Of a DNA stretch of 64,000 nt, positions 52,771 to 62,821 are shown one piece after another (positions within the stretch are counted from its first letter, which is position 1; every line of letters begins with the position of its first letter). The notes below the pieces were generated by a model. The model searched no databases. It saw nothing but the letters and a program-made list of their open reading frames with translations, and was not told where the DNA came from. The DNA comes from a bacterium (GTDB lineage: Bacteria > Bacillota > Clostridia > Oscillospirales > CAG-272), in NCBI GenBank assembly GCA_963628435.1, contig CAVGEY010000007.1:12831-76830 (forward strand). The letters are read 5' to 3'. A program made the position numbers and the translations under genes.

Positions 52771-53799
52771 ATGTCAATGGAATTTTTGAGAAAACTTCCG
52801 ATTCCTATGGAAATGAAGGAAAAATATCCGCTGACACCGCAGGCGGTGGAAGCAAAATCAAAACGCGATGAAGAGGTAAGAGCGATTTTCGAGGGAAAAT
52901 CGGATAAAATGCTGCTTGTCATAGGCCCGTGTTCCGCCGACCGCGAAGACAGTGTTATGGAATACGTTTACAGGCTTAAGAGAATGCAGGAGCTTGTCAA
53001 AGATAAACTCATACTCATTCCGCGCGTGTATACCAATAAACCGAGAACAACGGGCGACGGCTATAAAGGAATGATGCATCAGCCCGTTCCGGAGGAAAAA
53101 CCGGATATATATAAGGGCATAATCGCAATAAGACAGCTTCATTCGAGGGTACTTGACGAAACCGGACTTTCGTCGGCCGACGAAATGCTTTATCCCGCAA
53201 ATCACCGCTACCTGTCCGATTTGCTTTCATATATCGCGGTCGGCGCGAGATCGACCGAAAATCAGGAGCACAGACTGCTTGCATCCGGACTCGATATTCC
53301 TGTGGGAATGAAAAATCCGACCGGCGGCGACCTCACGGTAATGATGAATTCGATTACGGCGGGACAGCACGCACATTCGTTTATCTATCGCGGATGGGAG
53401 GTAAATACAACAGGCAATCCGTATGCGCACGCGATACTTCGCGGATATGTCGATGCTCACGGCACATCGATGCCCAACTATCACTATGAGGATCTTGTTC
53501 GGCTGTATACCCTTTATTCTTCAAAAAATCTTTGTAATATGGGTGTGATAATCGACACAAACCACGCGAATTCGGGCAAAAACCCGTTCGAACAGCCGCG
53601 TATTGCCAAAGAGGTTCTTCATTCCTGCCGCCATAATGCCGATGTGAAGCGTATGGTAAAAGGATTTATGATTGAAAGCTATATCGAGGATGGGGCGCAA
53701 AAAATCGGGGAGGGCGTTTTCGGCAAATCGATAACCGACCCTTGTCTCGGATGGGAGAAAAGCGAAAAGCTCATACTCGATATCGCCGATTTGATTTGA
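52771..53799 (+). CDS. 3-deoxy-7-phosphoheptulonate (DAHP) synthase, class I
   Basis: LLVIGPCS, TNKPRTT.G.YKG and IIDTNHANSGK motifs. ATG at 52771 after AAGGGGA. Confidence 0.88.
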   Translation: MSMEFLRKLPIPMEMKEKYPLTPQAVEAKSKRDEEVRAIFEGKSDKMLLVIGPCSADREDSVMEYVYRLKRMQELVKDKLILIPRVYTNKPRTTGDGYKGMMHQPVPEEKPDIYKGIIAIRQLHSRVLDETGLSSADEMLYPANHRYLSDLLSYIAVGARSTENQEHRLLASGLDIPVGMKNPTGGDLTVMMNSITAGQHAHSFIYRGWEVNTTGNPYAHAILRGYVDAHGTSMPNYHYEDLVRLYTLYSSKNLCNMGVIIDTNHANSGKNPFEQPRIAKEVLHSCRHNADVKRMVKGFMIESYIEDGAQKIGEGVFGKSITDPCLGWEKSEKLILDIADLI

Positions 53800-53862
53800 T
53801 GCGGCTTGCGGCATTTTTCCCCCGTAAAATCGGCAAAAAAACAGTATTTAATATATTTTTAC

Positions 53863-53891
53863 TTGACTTTTTGAAATTAGTATGATAAAAT
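53863..53891 (+). promoter_or_regulatory. Promoter for the yloV-like gene
   Basis: TTGACT, 17 nt, TGa-TAAAAT. Confidence 0.65.
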
Positions 53892-53950
53892 CACCTGTTG
53901 TATAAACAGCAAAAGCTAAAATTAGATGTATTTGAGAGGAAACCGTGCCA

Positions 53951-55630
53951 ATGAGTCAGTCGGTAATAAATGAAAACGGAAAAATATCAAGACTGGACGG
54001 CGCCCTGTATGTACGCATGGTCAGGTCGGCGGCAAACGCCGTAAATAATAAGAAGGCAAGGATAAACGAGCTTAATGTATTCCCGGTTCCCGACGGAGAT
54101 ACCGGATCGAATATGAGTATGACTATAAGCCCGGCAAGAGGTGATTTGTCTGCACTCGGCAACTCGCTTTCCGAGTGTGCGGATAAAATCGCAAGCCTCT
54201 GCCTGCGTTCGGCAAGAGGAAATTCGGGAGTTATTCTTTCGCTTTTCTTCAGAGGACTTGCCAAAGGATTCAAGGGAAAGACAAGCGTCGATGTTGAGGA
54301 AACGCTCAACGCTTTCCGCCACGGTGTAAACGAGGCATATAAGGCCGTTCAGAAGCCTACGGAAGGTACGATTCTCACGGTTATGCGTTCGTGCGCGGAT
54401 GCCGGAGATGCTTTTTACTCGGAAGCGGACGATTCCATTCTCGGCCTTTTCAACTGTTTCTGTGAGGCGGCGGAGGATACACTTCGTAAAACTCCCGAAA
54501 TGCTTCCCGTACTTAAACAGGCGAATGTCGTAGATGCCGGCGGCGCGGGATTTGTCGCAATACTTGACGGTATGAGACTTGCGCTTGCGGGAACACCTGT
54601 CGAAAGTGAGGAGTCTGTTGCCGAAATTTCGACAAAAGCCGATTTTTCCAAGTTCGAAACCGAAAATATAGAAAATCCCTACTGCACCGAATGTATTGTC
54701 ACCAAATCTTCCGAATATAACGGAGAAGGGAAAGTCGACAGCTTCCGTGATTTTGTGTTCGCCGCGGGCGACAGCGTTGTATTTGTCGATGATGCCGAAA
54801 TAATCAAAGTTCACGTTCATACAAAAGATCCCGGTAAAGTTCTTTCCGAAGCGCTGAAATACGGTACTCTCTTTACGGTTAAAGTCGAAAATATGCGTAA
54901 TCAGCACACCGAACTCGTTATATCCGGCGCAAACGAAAAGAAAGAAGAGCATGATACGGTTGCCGCTCCCGAAAAGAAGTTCGGATTTGTGGCGGTAACA
55001 CCCGGAGACGGAATAAAGGAAGTTTTCGACGATCTCGGTGTTGACCGCTTTGTATTCGGCGGTCAGACCATGAATCCGTCGACCGAACAGCTGCTCGCAG
55101 CCGTGAACGATACTCCCGCCGAAACCGTGTATCTGCTCCCCAACAACAGCAATATTTGCCTTGTTGCCAATCAGTGCGCAGACCTCTGCAAAGAGAAGAA
55201 AGTGGTTGTTATTCCGACGGTCAGCGTTCCTCAGGGAGTTGCCGCGATGATTGCTTTTGATGAGGAAAATGATATCGAAGAAAATACCGCCGCAATGGAA
55301 GAGGCTGCGTCGGCAGTTACCACTCTTGATGTTACATTTGCGGCTCGCGACAGCGAATTTGACGGAAACAGCATAAAGGCAGGACAGATTCTCGGCCTTG
55401 TAAATCATAAGGTAAGATATGTCAGCGACAGCAAGGAAGAATGCTTTGAAAAACTGCTCGGACACATGACCGCCGCATCATTTGTTACGCTTTTCTACGG
55501 AGAGGACGTTACCGAAAAAGAGGCGGAGGATACCGTGGCTTATCTTTCCGAAAAGCTCGGCGGCGATGTTGAAATTTCCGCAATAAGAGGCGGACAGCCG
55601 CTTTACTACTATACGATTTCGGTTGAATGA
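53951..55630 (+). CDS. DAK2-domain fusion protein YloV family
   Basis: LNVFPVPDGDTGSNM, RGNSGVILS and the C-terminal DegV-like/YloV region. Has its own promoter and terminator. Confidence 0.85.
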   Translation: MSQSVINENGKISRLDGALYVRMVRSAANAVNNKKARINELNVFPVPDGDTGSNMSMTISPARGDLSALGNSLSECADKIASLCLRSARGNSGVILSLFFRGLAKGFKGKTSVDVEETLNAFRHGVNEAYKAVQKPTEGTILTVMRSCADAGDAFYSEADDSILGLFNCFCEAAEDTLRKTPEMLPVLKQANVVDAGGAGFVAILDGMRLALAGTPVESEESVAEISTKADFSKFETENIENPYCTECIVTKSSEYNGEGKVDSFRDFVFAAGDSVVFVDDAEIIKVHVHTKDPGKVLSEALKYGTLFTVKVENMRNQHTELVISGANEKKEEHDTVAAPEKKFGFVAVTPGDGIKEVFDDLGVDRFVFGGQTMNPSTEQLLAAVNDTPAETVYLLPNNSNICLVANQCADLCKEKKVVVIPTVSVPQGVAAMIAFDEENDIEENTAAMEEAASAVTTLDVTFAARDSEFDGNSIKAGQILGLVNHKVRYVSDSKEECFEKLLGHMTAASFVTLFYGEDVTEKEAEDTVAYLSEKLGGDVEISAIRGGQPLYYYTISVE

Positions 55631-55653
55631 CCGACGAATGAAGATTATCGGGA

Positions 55654-55688
55654 CCCGAACGGCATTGTGTCGTTCGGGGCTCTTTTTT
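55654..55688 (+). terminator. Terminator after the yloV-like gene
   Basis: CCCGAACG / CGTTCGGG stem followed by GCTCTTTTTT. Confidence 0.8.
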
Positions 55689-55719
55689 GCAAATAAAATG
55701 TTAATATCCCGAAAAATAC

Positions 55720-55748
55720 TTGATTTTGGGGATGTCCTGTGGTAGAAT
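55720..55748 (+). promoter_or_regulatory. Promoter for lon (long ~190-nt leader)
   Basis: TTGATT, 17 nt, TGg-TAGAAT. Confidence 0.6.
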
Positions 55749-55936
55749 ACCATAATGACAAACTGCCGTAGTGCGCATTTGTGTCAAGTAAAAATCAACG
55801 AAATTTACGGAGTTGTAATGTGAGCCGTAACACGGTAAAATACATTATAACCGACTGTTTCGTGTAAAACACGGAATATATACGCGTATTGCCGGATACG
55901 GCTTTTCAAGATATAGAAAGGTATGATCATAATTAT

Positions 55937-58399
55937 ATGGCCGAATATACAGAAAAAGCAAAAACACAGAGTCTGCCCGCGATAATTCTTCGCGAAAGCG
56001 TGGCATTCCCGTCAATTCCGCTGAAAGTGGGACTGAAGGACGAAAAATCGATTAACGCGCTTAATGCGAATGTTGACGACTGCGTTTTTCTCGCGATTGT
56101 CAAAAACCGCATCACCGACTCGGACAATGATAAAATAACAAGCAAAAAAGACCTCTGCTCTGTGGGCGTTGTTGCGAAAATCAAAGATGTCCTGAATGAA
56201 GGAAAAGACGGATTTGTAAATGTCGGCTTCGATTGCCTCTGCCGCGCCGAACTTGTAAGCTTCAGATACGGCGAGGAATTCGACAGTGTTACGGTTATGT
56301 GCAAAACGATTGCGGTAAATCCCGATTTGCCGGAGGCCGTTGCACTGCGTGAACGTGCAGCGGAACTTTTTGCCGAGCTTTCGAAAACCGCACCGAATTT
56401 CACAAAAGAAATCGCCGATATCGCGAAGAAAACCGAAAATCCCGGCCAGCTTGCCGATTTCATTGCGGGAACGGTTTTTGTTAAAAACGAGCATAAGCAG
56501 GAAATTCTCGAAATCTTCGATCCGATTCACAGACTTGCCCGCAGCGTCGAACTGCTCGAAGATGAAATGTCGATAATCAAAAATGAGCTCGACCTTCATA
56601 AGCGTACACGCGCGAGAATAGAGGAAAATCAGCGAGATTATTATCTTCGCGAGCAGATGCGCGTAATAAAAGAAGAACTCGGCGAAGACGGCGATGATGA
56701 CGATGATATCTATGAGCTTGTCGGAAAAATCACCAAGAGCGCAATGCCGGATGATATTAAGGAAAAGATGCTCAAGGAAACCAAAAAGCTGTCGAAACTG
56801 CCTTTTGCATCGCCCGAATCAAACGTAATTCGTACCTATGTCGAGACCTGCCTTGACCTGCCTTTCGGCAAAACATCGGTCGACCGAACAGATATCGAAG
56901 CGGCAAGACGCATACTTGAAAAAGATCATGACGGAATGCAGGAAATCAAGGACAGAATACTTGAATTTATCGCCGTAAGAAAACTTTCAAACGGAAATAA
57001 AAATCAGATTCTATGCCTTGTCGGAGCACCCGGCGTCGGAAAAACCTCTGTCGCCTCCTCCATTGCAAAGGCACTCAAACGCAAATACGTCAGAGTATCG
57101 CTCGGCGGCATACGCGATGAGGCAGATATTCGCGGACACCGCAAAACCTATGTCGGAGCGATGCCGGGCAGAATAATCAATGCAATGATTGAGGCCAAAA
57201 CATCAAACCCGCTTATTTTGCTCGATGAAATCGATAAAATCACAAGAGATACACACGGAGATCCCGCGTCGGCTCTTCTTGAAGTGCTTGATCCCGATCA
57301 GAATAAGACCTTCCGCGATCATTTTATCGAAATTCCGTTTGATTTGTCCGACTGCCTTTTCATAGCGACAGCCAATACTCTCGATACCGTTCCGCGTCCC
57401 CTGCTTGACCGTATGGAAGTAATCGAGATGAAATCTTATTCGAGAACCGAAAAACTGTCAATCGCAAAAAATCACCTTATCGGAAAACAGCTCGAAAAGC
57501 ACGGAATGAACCGCAGAATGATGAAAATCGACGATGACGCCATTCTCGAAATCATCGACCATTATACAAGAGAGGCGGGCGTGCGCGGACTTGAAAGAAA
57601 TATTGCCGCGCTCTGCCGTAAGGTTGCCAGGCAGCTGGTTGAAGAACCGGGCAAAAAATCGGTTCACGTAAAAAAATCGGACATATTCGGTTATCTCGGC
57701 CCCGAAAAGGTACAGGATGAGGAGCTTTCGCCGAATGATGAGGTAGGCGTTGTCAACGGACTCGCATATACCGATGCCGGAGGAGACCTGCTTAAAGTTG
57801 AAGCGGTATCGATGGACGGAAACGGAAAACTCGAACTGACCGGCTCGCTCGGCGATGTCATGGTTGAGTCGGCGAAAATCGCGCTGTCGGTCGTGCGTAC
57901 CGGAGCAAAATCTCTCGGCATCGCTCCCGATTTTCATAAGACAAAAGATATACATATACATTTTCCCGAAGGAGCCGTACCTAAGGACGGCCCGAGTGCG
58001 GGTGTAACCATTGTGACCGCACTCGCGTCCGAACTGTCGGGAATACCCGTAAAACGGGATGTCGCAATGACGGGTGAGGTTACACTGCACGGCAGAGTCC
58101 TTGCAATAGGCGGACTGCGTGAAAAGACGATGGCGGCATATAAAGCCGGAATCAAGACCGTTCTTCTGCCTGCCGATAATAAACAGGATTACGAACGGCT
58201 CGACGACTATATCAAAAACGGTATGAAATTCAAGTTCTGTTCGACGGTTGACGATGTGCTCGAAAACGCGCTTGCACAGCGGACCGAAATCGATATAACC
58301 GGGAAGAAAATGATAGATCTCGGAGTCGTTGCCGCGGCTGAGCTGAATAAGAAAAACGGAGCGGTTCATGAAAGCGAATTTTGTAAAAACAACCCTTAA
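55937..58399 (+). CDS. lon: ATP-dependent protease Lon (LonA)
   Basis: LPAIILRESVAFP (LON N-domain), GAPGVGKTS, DEIDK, catalytic PKDGPSAGV. Start is uncertain (ATG 55937 has a distant SD; the track gives TTG 55889). Confidence 0.92.
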   Translation: MAEYTEKAKTQSLPAIILRESVAFPSIPLKVGLKDEKSINALNANVDDCVFLAIVKNRITDSDNDKITSKKDLCSVGVVAKIKDVLNEGKDGFVNVGFDCLCRAELVSFRYGEEFDSVTVMCKTIAVNPDLPEAVALRERAAELFAELSKTAPNFTKEIADIAKKTENPGQLADFIAGTVFVKNEHKQEILEIFDPIHRLARSVELLEDEMSIIKNELDLHKRTRARIEENQRDYYLREQMRVIKEELGEDGDDDDDIYELVGKITKSAMPDDIKEKMLKETKKLSKLPFASPESNVIRTYVETCLDLPFGKTSVDRTDIEAARRILEKDHDGMQEIKDRILEFIAVRKLSNGNKNQILCLVGAPGVGKTSVASSIAKALKRKYVRVSLGGIRDEADIRGHRKTYVGAMPGRIINAMIEAKTSNPLILLDEIDKITRDTHGDPASALLEVLDPDQNKTFRDHFIEIPFDLSDCLFIATANTLDTVPRPLLDRMEVIEMKSYSRTEKLSIAKNHLIGKQLEKHGMNRRMMKIDDDAILEIIDHYTREAGVRGLERNIAALCRKVARQLVEEPGKKSVHVKKSDIFGYLGPEKVQDEELSPNDEVGVVNGLAYTDAGGDLLKVEAVSMDGNGKLELTGSLGDVMVESAKIALSVVRTGAKSLGIAPDFHKTKDIHIHFPEGAVPKDGPSAGVTIVTALASELSGIPVKRDVAMTGEVTLHGRVLAIGGLREKTMAAYKAGIKTVLLPADNKQDYERLDDYIKNGMKFKFCSTVDDVLENALAQRTEIDITGKKMIDLGVVAAAELNKKNGAVHESEFCKNNP

Positions 58400-58970
58400 A
58401 ATAACGGCAGGGCTCAAAAATCAACTTCCCAATGACAGAATACCGCAAATCGCCTTGTCCGGCAGATCCAATGTCGGCAAAAGCTCGATGATAAACTGTC
58501 TTATCGAACGTAAATCGCTTGCCCGTGTAAGCTCGACTCCGGGCAAAACGATAACCGTAAATTTTTACGATGTCGACAGTGTGTTTTGTCTTGTCGACCT
58601 TCCGGGATACGGCTTCGCAAGAAGAAGTTCCGCAGAACGCGAAAAATGGTCGGAACTTGTCGACGGATATTTTGAAAATGCATCGAAAAACGGCAATCTC
58701 CGCGCCGTCGTACAGCTGATTGATCTTAAAGTCGGACCGACGGCAGACGATGAAACAATGCTCGATTATCTCAGAAAAACCGGCACACCCTTTTTTGCGG
58801 TTGCCACCAAAGCGGATAAACTGAATAAAACCGAGTACACAAAAGCACTTGAAAAGCTCAGATCCCATCCGATGCTCGACGGTGTGAAAATAATCCCGTT
58901 TTCCGCGCAGAACGGAATGGGAAGAGACGAAATCAGGCGAGAGCTTATCTCGGCGCTGGAATCTGACTAG
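58368..58970 (+). CDS. engB: Ribosome biogenesis GTPase EngB/YsxC
   Basis: GRSNVGKSS, DLPGYG and TKADK motifs. Conserved lon-engB linkage, overlapping the lon 3' end by 32 nt. Confidence 0.92.
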   Translation: MKANFVKTTLKITAGLKNQLPNDRIPQIALSGRSNVGKSSMINCLIERKSLARVSSTPGKTITVNFYDVDSVFCLVDLPGYGFARRSSAEREKWSELVDGYFENASKNGNLRAVVQLIDLKVGPTADDETMLDYLRKTGTPFFAVATKADKLNKTEYTKALEKLRSHPMLDGVKIIPFSAQNGMGRDEIRRELISALESD

Positions 58971-58986
58971 ATAAACGGAAAAAACA

Positions 58987-60282
58987 ATGCTTCATGAATG
59001 TTATACTGTAAATGAAAAAGGTCATCTCGCTCTCGGAGGTGCCGATACCGTTGAACTTGCGAAAAAATACGGAACACCACTTTATCTGATGGATGAAAAT
59101 ACCGTCAGAAGCCGTATCCGTATGTATAAATCGGCAACGGCGGAATATTTCGGCATCGGAAGCGGAATACATTACGCGAGCAAGGCACTCTCATGTAAAG
59201 AAATGTACAGGATTGCCGCGAGTGAACGGATAAATGTCGATGTAGTATCAATCGGCGAACTGTATACGGCAATGGCGGCAGGCTATCCGCCCGATCACGC
59301 CTGCTTTCACGGAAATAACAAAACCGACAGAGAGATAGCCGAGGCTTGTGCCGCCGGAGTCGGCGAGTTTATGGTAGATTCGTTTGAGGAACTCGAAGCC
59401 CTTGACCGAATCGCGGGCGAGATGGGCAGGGTGCAGAAAATAATGCTCCGCCTGACTCCCAATATCGATCCGCATACAGGCAAGGCAATATCTACAGGCG
59501 AACTCGATTCGAAATTCGGCACACCTATCGAAACCGGACAGGCAGAGAAGCTGACAAAACTCGCACTCGGTCTTAACCATGTCGTGCTCGAAGGTTTTCA
59601 CAGTCATATCGGATCGCAGACCTTCGATAGCCGCCCTTTTATCGATCAGGCGGCCGTAATGCTTGAATTTGCAGCCGATATGAAGAAGAAATACGGTTTT
59701 GAAGCCGCAAAAATAAATCTCGGCGGCGGCTTCGGCGTAGCATATACCGAGGACGATCCGCATATCGACTATGTCGCGAATATCCGCGCCGTCGGTAAGC
59801 AGATTGACCGAATTTGCGAAAAATATGCGATGAAGAAGCCCGCAATCTTTTTGGAACCGGGCAGGTCGATTGTGGCAGATGCCGGAATTACTCTCTATAC
59901 GGTCGGAAGCGTAAAGGAAATCAAGGGAATACGCACCTACGTATCTGTCGACGGCGGCATGACCGATAATCCGAGGTATGCTCTGTACGGCGCAAAATAC
60001 ACCGCGCTTATCGCCAATAAAGCCGACAGGGAAAAGACGCTCGAATGTACGATTGCCGGCAGATGCTGCGAATCGGGTGATATGATAGGCGAAAATATGC
60101 TTATACAGCCGACCGAGCGCGGCGATATACTCGCGGTGCTCGTTACCGGCGCCTATAACTATTCTATGGCGTCGAATTACAACCGCGTTCCGCGTCCCGC
60201 TATGGTTTTTGTCGGAAACGGTGCCGACAGACTTGTAATCGCAAGAGAAAAATACGAAGATCTTTACAAAAACGATGTATGA
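58987..60282 (+). CDS. lysA: Diaminopimelate decarboxylase
   Basis: YASKA (PLP Lys), HSHIGSQ, GGGFG, EPGRS, CESGD. Confidence 0.92.
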   Translation: MLHECYTVNEKGHLALGGADTVELAKKYGTPLYLMDENTVRSRIRMYKSATAEYFGIGSGIHYASKALSCKEMYRIAASERINVDVVSIGELYTAMAAGYPPDHACFHGNNKTDREIAEACAAGVGEFMVDSFEELEALDRIAGEMGRVQKIMLRLTPNIDPHTGKAISTGELDSKFGTPIETGQAEKLTKLALGLNHVVLEGFHSHIGSQTFDSRPFIDQAAVMLEFAADMKKKYGFEAAKINLGGGFGVAYTEDDPHIDYVANIRAVGKQIDRICEKYAMKKPAIFLEPGRSIVADAGITLYTVGSVKEIKGIRTYVSVDGGMTDNPRYALYGAKYTALIANKADREKTLECTIAGRCCESGDMIGENMLIQPTERGDILAVLVTGAYNYSMASNYNRVPRPAMVFVGNGADRLVIAREKYEDLYKNDV

Positions 60283-60328
60283 CGACATCTTATAGGTCAT
60301 ACCGATGAACCGATGAAAGGAAATTTTC

Positions 60329-61054
60329 ATGCTTAATTATCTCGGAAGCGGACTTTCGGTAAGAGAAATGTTGCTTTCTCTGCTGCTGTCTTTGCCTGTA
60401 ATTGTTTTCGCTCTCTGCTTTCATGAATGTGCTCACGCCTTTGTTGCATGGAAAATGGGAGATCCGACGGCTCGAAATATTGGAAGGCTGACGCTCGATC
60501 CCCTGAAACATCTCGATCCGATCGGAACGATTACCATGATTCTGTTCGGAATAGGCTGGGCAAAACCGGTACCGGTGAATTCAAGATATTTCAAAAAGCC
60601 GAAACTCGGTATGGCGCTTACCGCACTTGCGGGGCCGTTTTCAAATCTTGTTCTTTCATTCCTTTTCACGGTCATATATATGGCGGCTTTTTATCTCGGC
60701 GCCTTTTCACCTCTTTATGCGGCATCGAGTCCGACCGAATCATTCGGAATCGCGATGCTCTATATTGTCAAGGTAATGCTCGCAAGCTCGATAACACTCA
60801 ACTGTTATCTCGCCGTTTTCAATATGCTTCCGATTCCGCCGTTTGACGGATCGCGAATCGCGTTTGTGCTGCTTCCCGATAAATTTTATTTCGGCGTAAT
60901 GAAACACGAACGCGTAATTATGGCGGTTGTGCTTGTACTCTTGTGGACCGGTATTCTCACCACACCGCTCGACTGGCTGTCGGACCTGCTCCTGGACGGA
61001 ATATGGTGGCTTGCCGATAAAATCGTGACGCTGCCGTCGCTTATTTTCAAATGA
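60329..61054 (+). CDS. M50/site-2-protease-family membrane metalloprotease (YwhC-like)
   Basis: HECAHAFVA (HExxH) in a TM helix. LPIPPFDGSR second motif. Confidence 0.85.
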   Translation: MLNYLGSGLSVREMLLSLLLSLPVIVFALCFHECAHAFVAWKMGDPTARNIGRLTLDPLKHLDPIGTITMILFGIGWAKPVPVNSRYFKKPKLGMALTALAGPFSNLVLSFLFTVIYMAAFYLGAFSPLYAASSPTESFGIAMLYIVKVMLASSITLNCYLAVFNMLPIPPFDGSRIAFVLLPDKFYFGVMKHERVIMAVVLVLLWTGILTTPLDWLSDLLLDGIWWLADKIVTLPSLIFK

Positions 61055-61084
61055 ATTTTTAATTTGCAAATCGGAGGTGATACC

Positions 61085-61855
61085 TTGAACGAAGAATACG
61101 AAGAACTCTCATTCAGACTCGAGGTATTTGAAGGCCCTCTCGATTTACTGCTGTCGCTTATTTCAAAGAATAAAGTCAGTATTTACGATATACCGATTTC
61201 GCTTATTTTCGATCAGTATATGGAATATATTGAGCGGATGCGCGAAATGAATATGGATATTGCGGGCGAATTTCTCGATATGGCATCAAGGCTTATGCTT
61301 ATCAAAAGCAAAATGCTGCTTCCGAAGAGCGAAGCCGAAAAGGCCGAGGATCCGAGACGCGATCTCGTGGATGCCCTTCTCGAATATCGCAAGGCCAAAC
61401 TCGAAGCGGTGAAGCTGAGGGAAATGTTTGATATTCATCAGGGGCGGTTTATCAAAGAAACCGATGAGGTCGGAATCGACCGTACATACGTTTGCGATCA
61501 CACAGTCGATATGCTTACCCGTGCATTTGAAAAAATGGAGCTGCGCATTAAACTCGAATCGGATAACCGCTCGGATATACCGATAAAAACGCTTAATACC
61601 ATACTTACAAGAAAGGTAACACCGGTTCCCGAAAAGAGCTTTTTTATACTCAGATATCTTTTCAGGCGAAAAGAGGGGTGCAGCTTTTCCGAGCTTTTGC
61701 TCACAAACAGAACAAGAAGCGAACTTATCGCTTCATTTATGGCAATTCTTGCGCTTGTGAGATCGGGACGAATCGAATGTATCGGAGAGGAAGACGATCC
61801 GATAATCAAAATCAGGGAGAGAGAAAACAAATATGCCGCTGCCGACCGATCTTAA
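61085..61855 (+). CDS. scpA: Segregation and condensation protein A
   Basis: FEGPLDLLLSLISKNKVSIYDIPI. TTG at 61085 lies 7 nt after GGAGGTGA. Confidence 0.88.
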   Translation: MNEEYEELSFRLEVFEGPLDLLLSLISKNKVSIYDIPISLIFDQYMEYIERMREMNMDIAGEFLDMASRLMLIKSKMLLPKSEAEKAEDPRRDLVDALLEYRKAKLEAVKLREMFDIHQGRFIKETDEVGIDRTYVCDHTVDMLTRAFEKMELRIKLESDNRSDIPIKTLNTILTRKVTPVPEKSFFILRYLFRRKEGCSFSELLLTNRTRSELIASFMAILALVRSGRIECIGEEDDPIIKIRERENKYAAADRS

Positions 61856-62408
61856 TGAATTTTCAATATCCGAGGATGAAGCCGAGGAAATAATCGAGGC
61901 GATGCTTTTTGCCGCCGGATACCCGATAGAATATGCGAAAATCGGTGAGATAATCGCGAAACCCGTAAAATCGGTAAAAGAAATAATCGACAGAATGATT
62001 TCCCGATATGAGGGAGAACGGCGCGGAATACAGCTTGTAAAGCTTGATAACGCCGTTCAGCTCTGCACCAAAGAAAAGTATGAAGATTATATCAGAGCCG
62101 TTCTCGGTATACATCAAAGAGGAAAACTTTCGAATTCGTGTCTTGAGGTGCTTGCCATAATCGCATATAATCAACCGATAACCAAAGCGGTAATCGAACA
62201 GATACGCGGTGTCGATTCGGGCTATGCGATAGCGGCACTTTCCGAAAAATCGCTGATAGAGGTCAAAGGAAAACTCGAAGTTCCGGGAAGACCGAATCTC
62301 TACGGTACGACTTCCGATTTTCTGCGCGTTTTCGGAATCGAAAAACTCGAAGATCTTCCCGCCGCCGATGATAAAGACGGCGAGCAGGTGACAATAGAGG
62401 GAATATGA
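61833..62408 (+). CDS. scpB: Segregation and condensation protein B
   Basis: IEAMLFAAGYPI...LS....LEVLAIIAYNQPITK..IE.IRGV. Overlaps scpA by 23 nt. Confidence 0.9.
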   Translation: MPLPTDLNEFSISEDEAEEIIEAMLFAAGYPIEYAKIGEIIAKPVKSVKEIIDRMISRYEGERRGIQLVKLDNAVQLCTKEKYEDYIRAVLGIHQRGKLSNSCLEVLAIIAYNQPITKAVIEQIRGVDSGYAIAALSEKSLIEVKGKLEVPGRPNLYGTTSDFLRVFGIEKLEDLPAADDKDGEQVTIEGI

Positions 62409-62797
62409 TAAAAAAATATTGTCTGCCGATTTTTGTGCCGCTTTTCTGTCTGCTCCTTGTGTTTTCGGGATGCACAGAAGAAAAGGTCAGCGAAAACGAG
62501 CTGAACGATTATATTGAGGCAACAGCATACGAAGACAGCGGCGTCAGAACCGATTTCAGTGCAACGCTTGTCGAAAAAGGCAAATACAGTATAACCGTTG
62601 CTTCCGCGAATGACGGCAATATGAAAATCGTGGTGTCGGTATCGGGCTCGACCGAAATCACCGATGAAAACGGAAATACGATTTCTCTTGATGATTTGAA
62701 TGATGGCGACAGCCTTAAAATCACATTTGACGGGAAAGCCACACAAAGTGAACCGGTACGGATTTCAAAATGCTATAAAATCGAAGTTGTCGGATAA
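62405..62797 (+). CDS. Small lipoprotein, function unknown
   Basis: Lipobox LLVFSGC. ATGA overlap with the scpB stop. Confidence 0.7.
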   Translation: MIKKYCLPIFVPLFCLLLVFSGCTEEKVSENELNDYIEATAYEDSGVRTDFSATLVEKGKYSITVASANDGNMKIVVSVSGSTEITDENGNTISLDDLNDGDSLKITFDGKATQSEPVRISKCYKIEVVG

Positions 62798-62821
62798 TCC
62801 GAGAAAAGGGGGGTGCTCTAA

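Noticed and set aside
55770-55800. A CtsR-box-like sequence GTCAAGTAAAAATCAAC in the lon leader.
   Set aside because: The second heptad matches the (A/G)GTCAAA consensus at only about 4 of 7 positions, and the site is downstream of the promoter rather than overlapping it.
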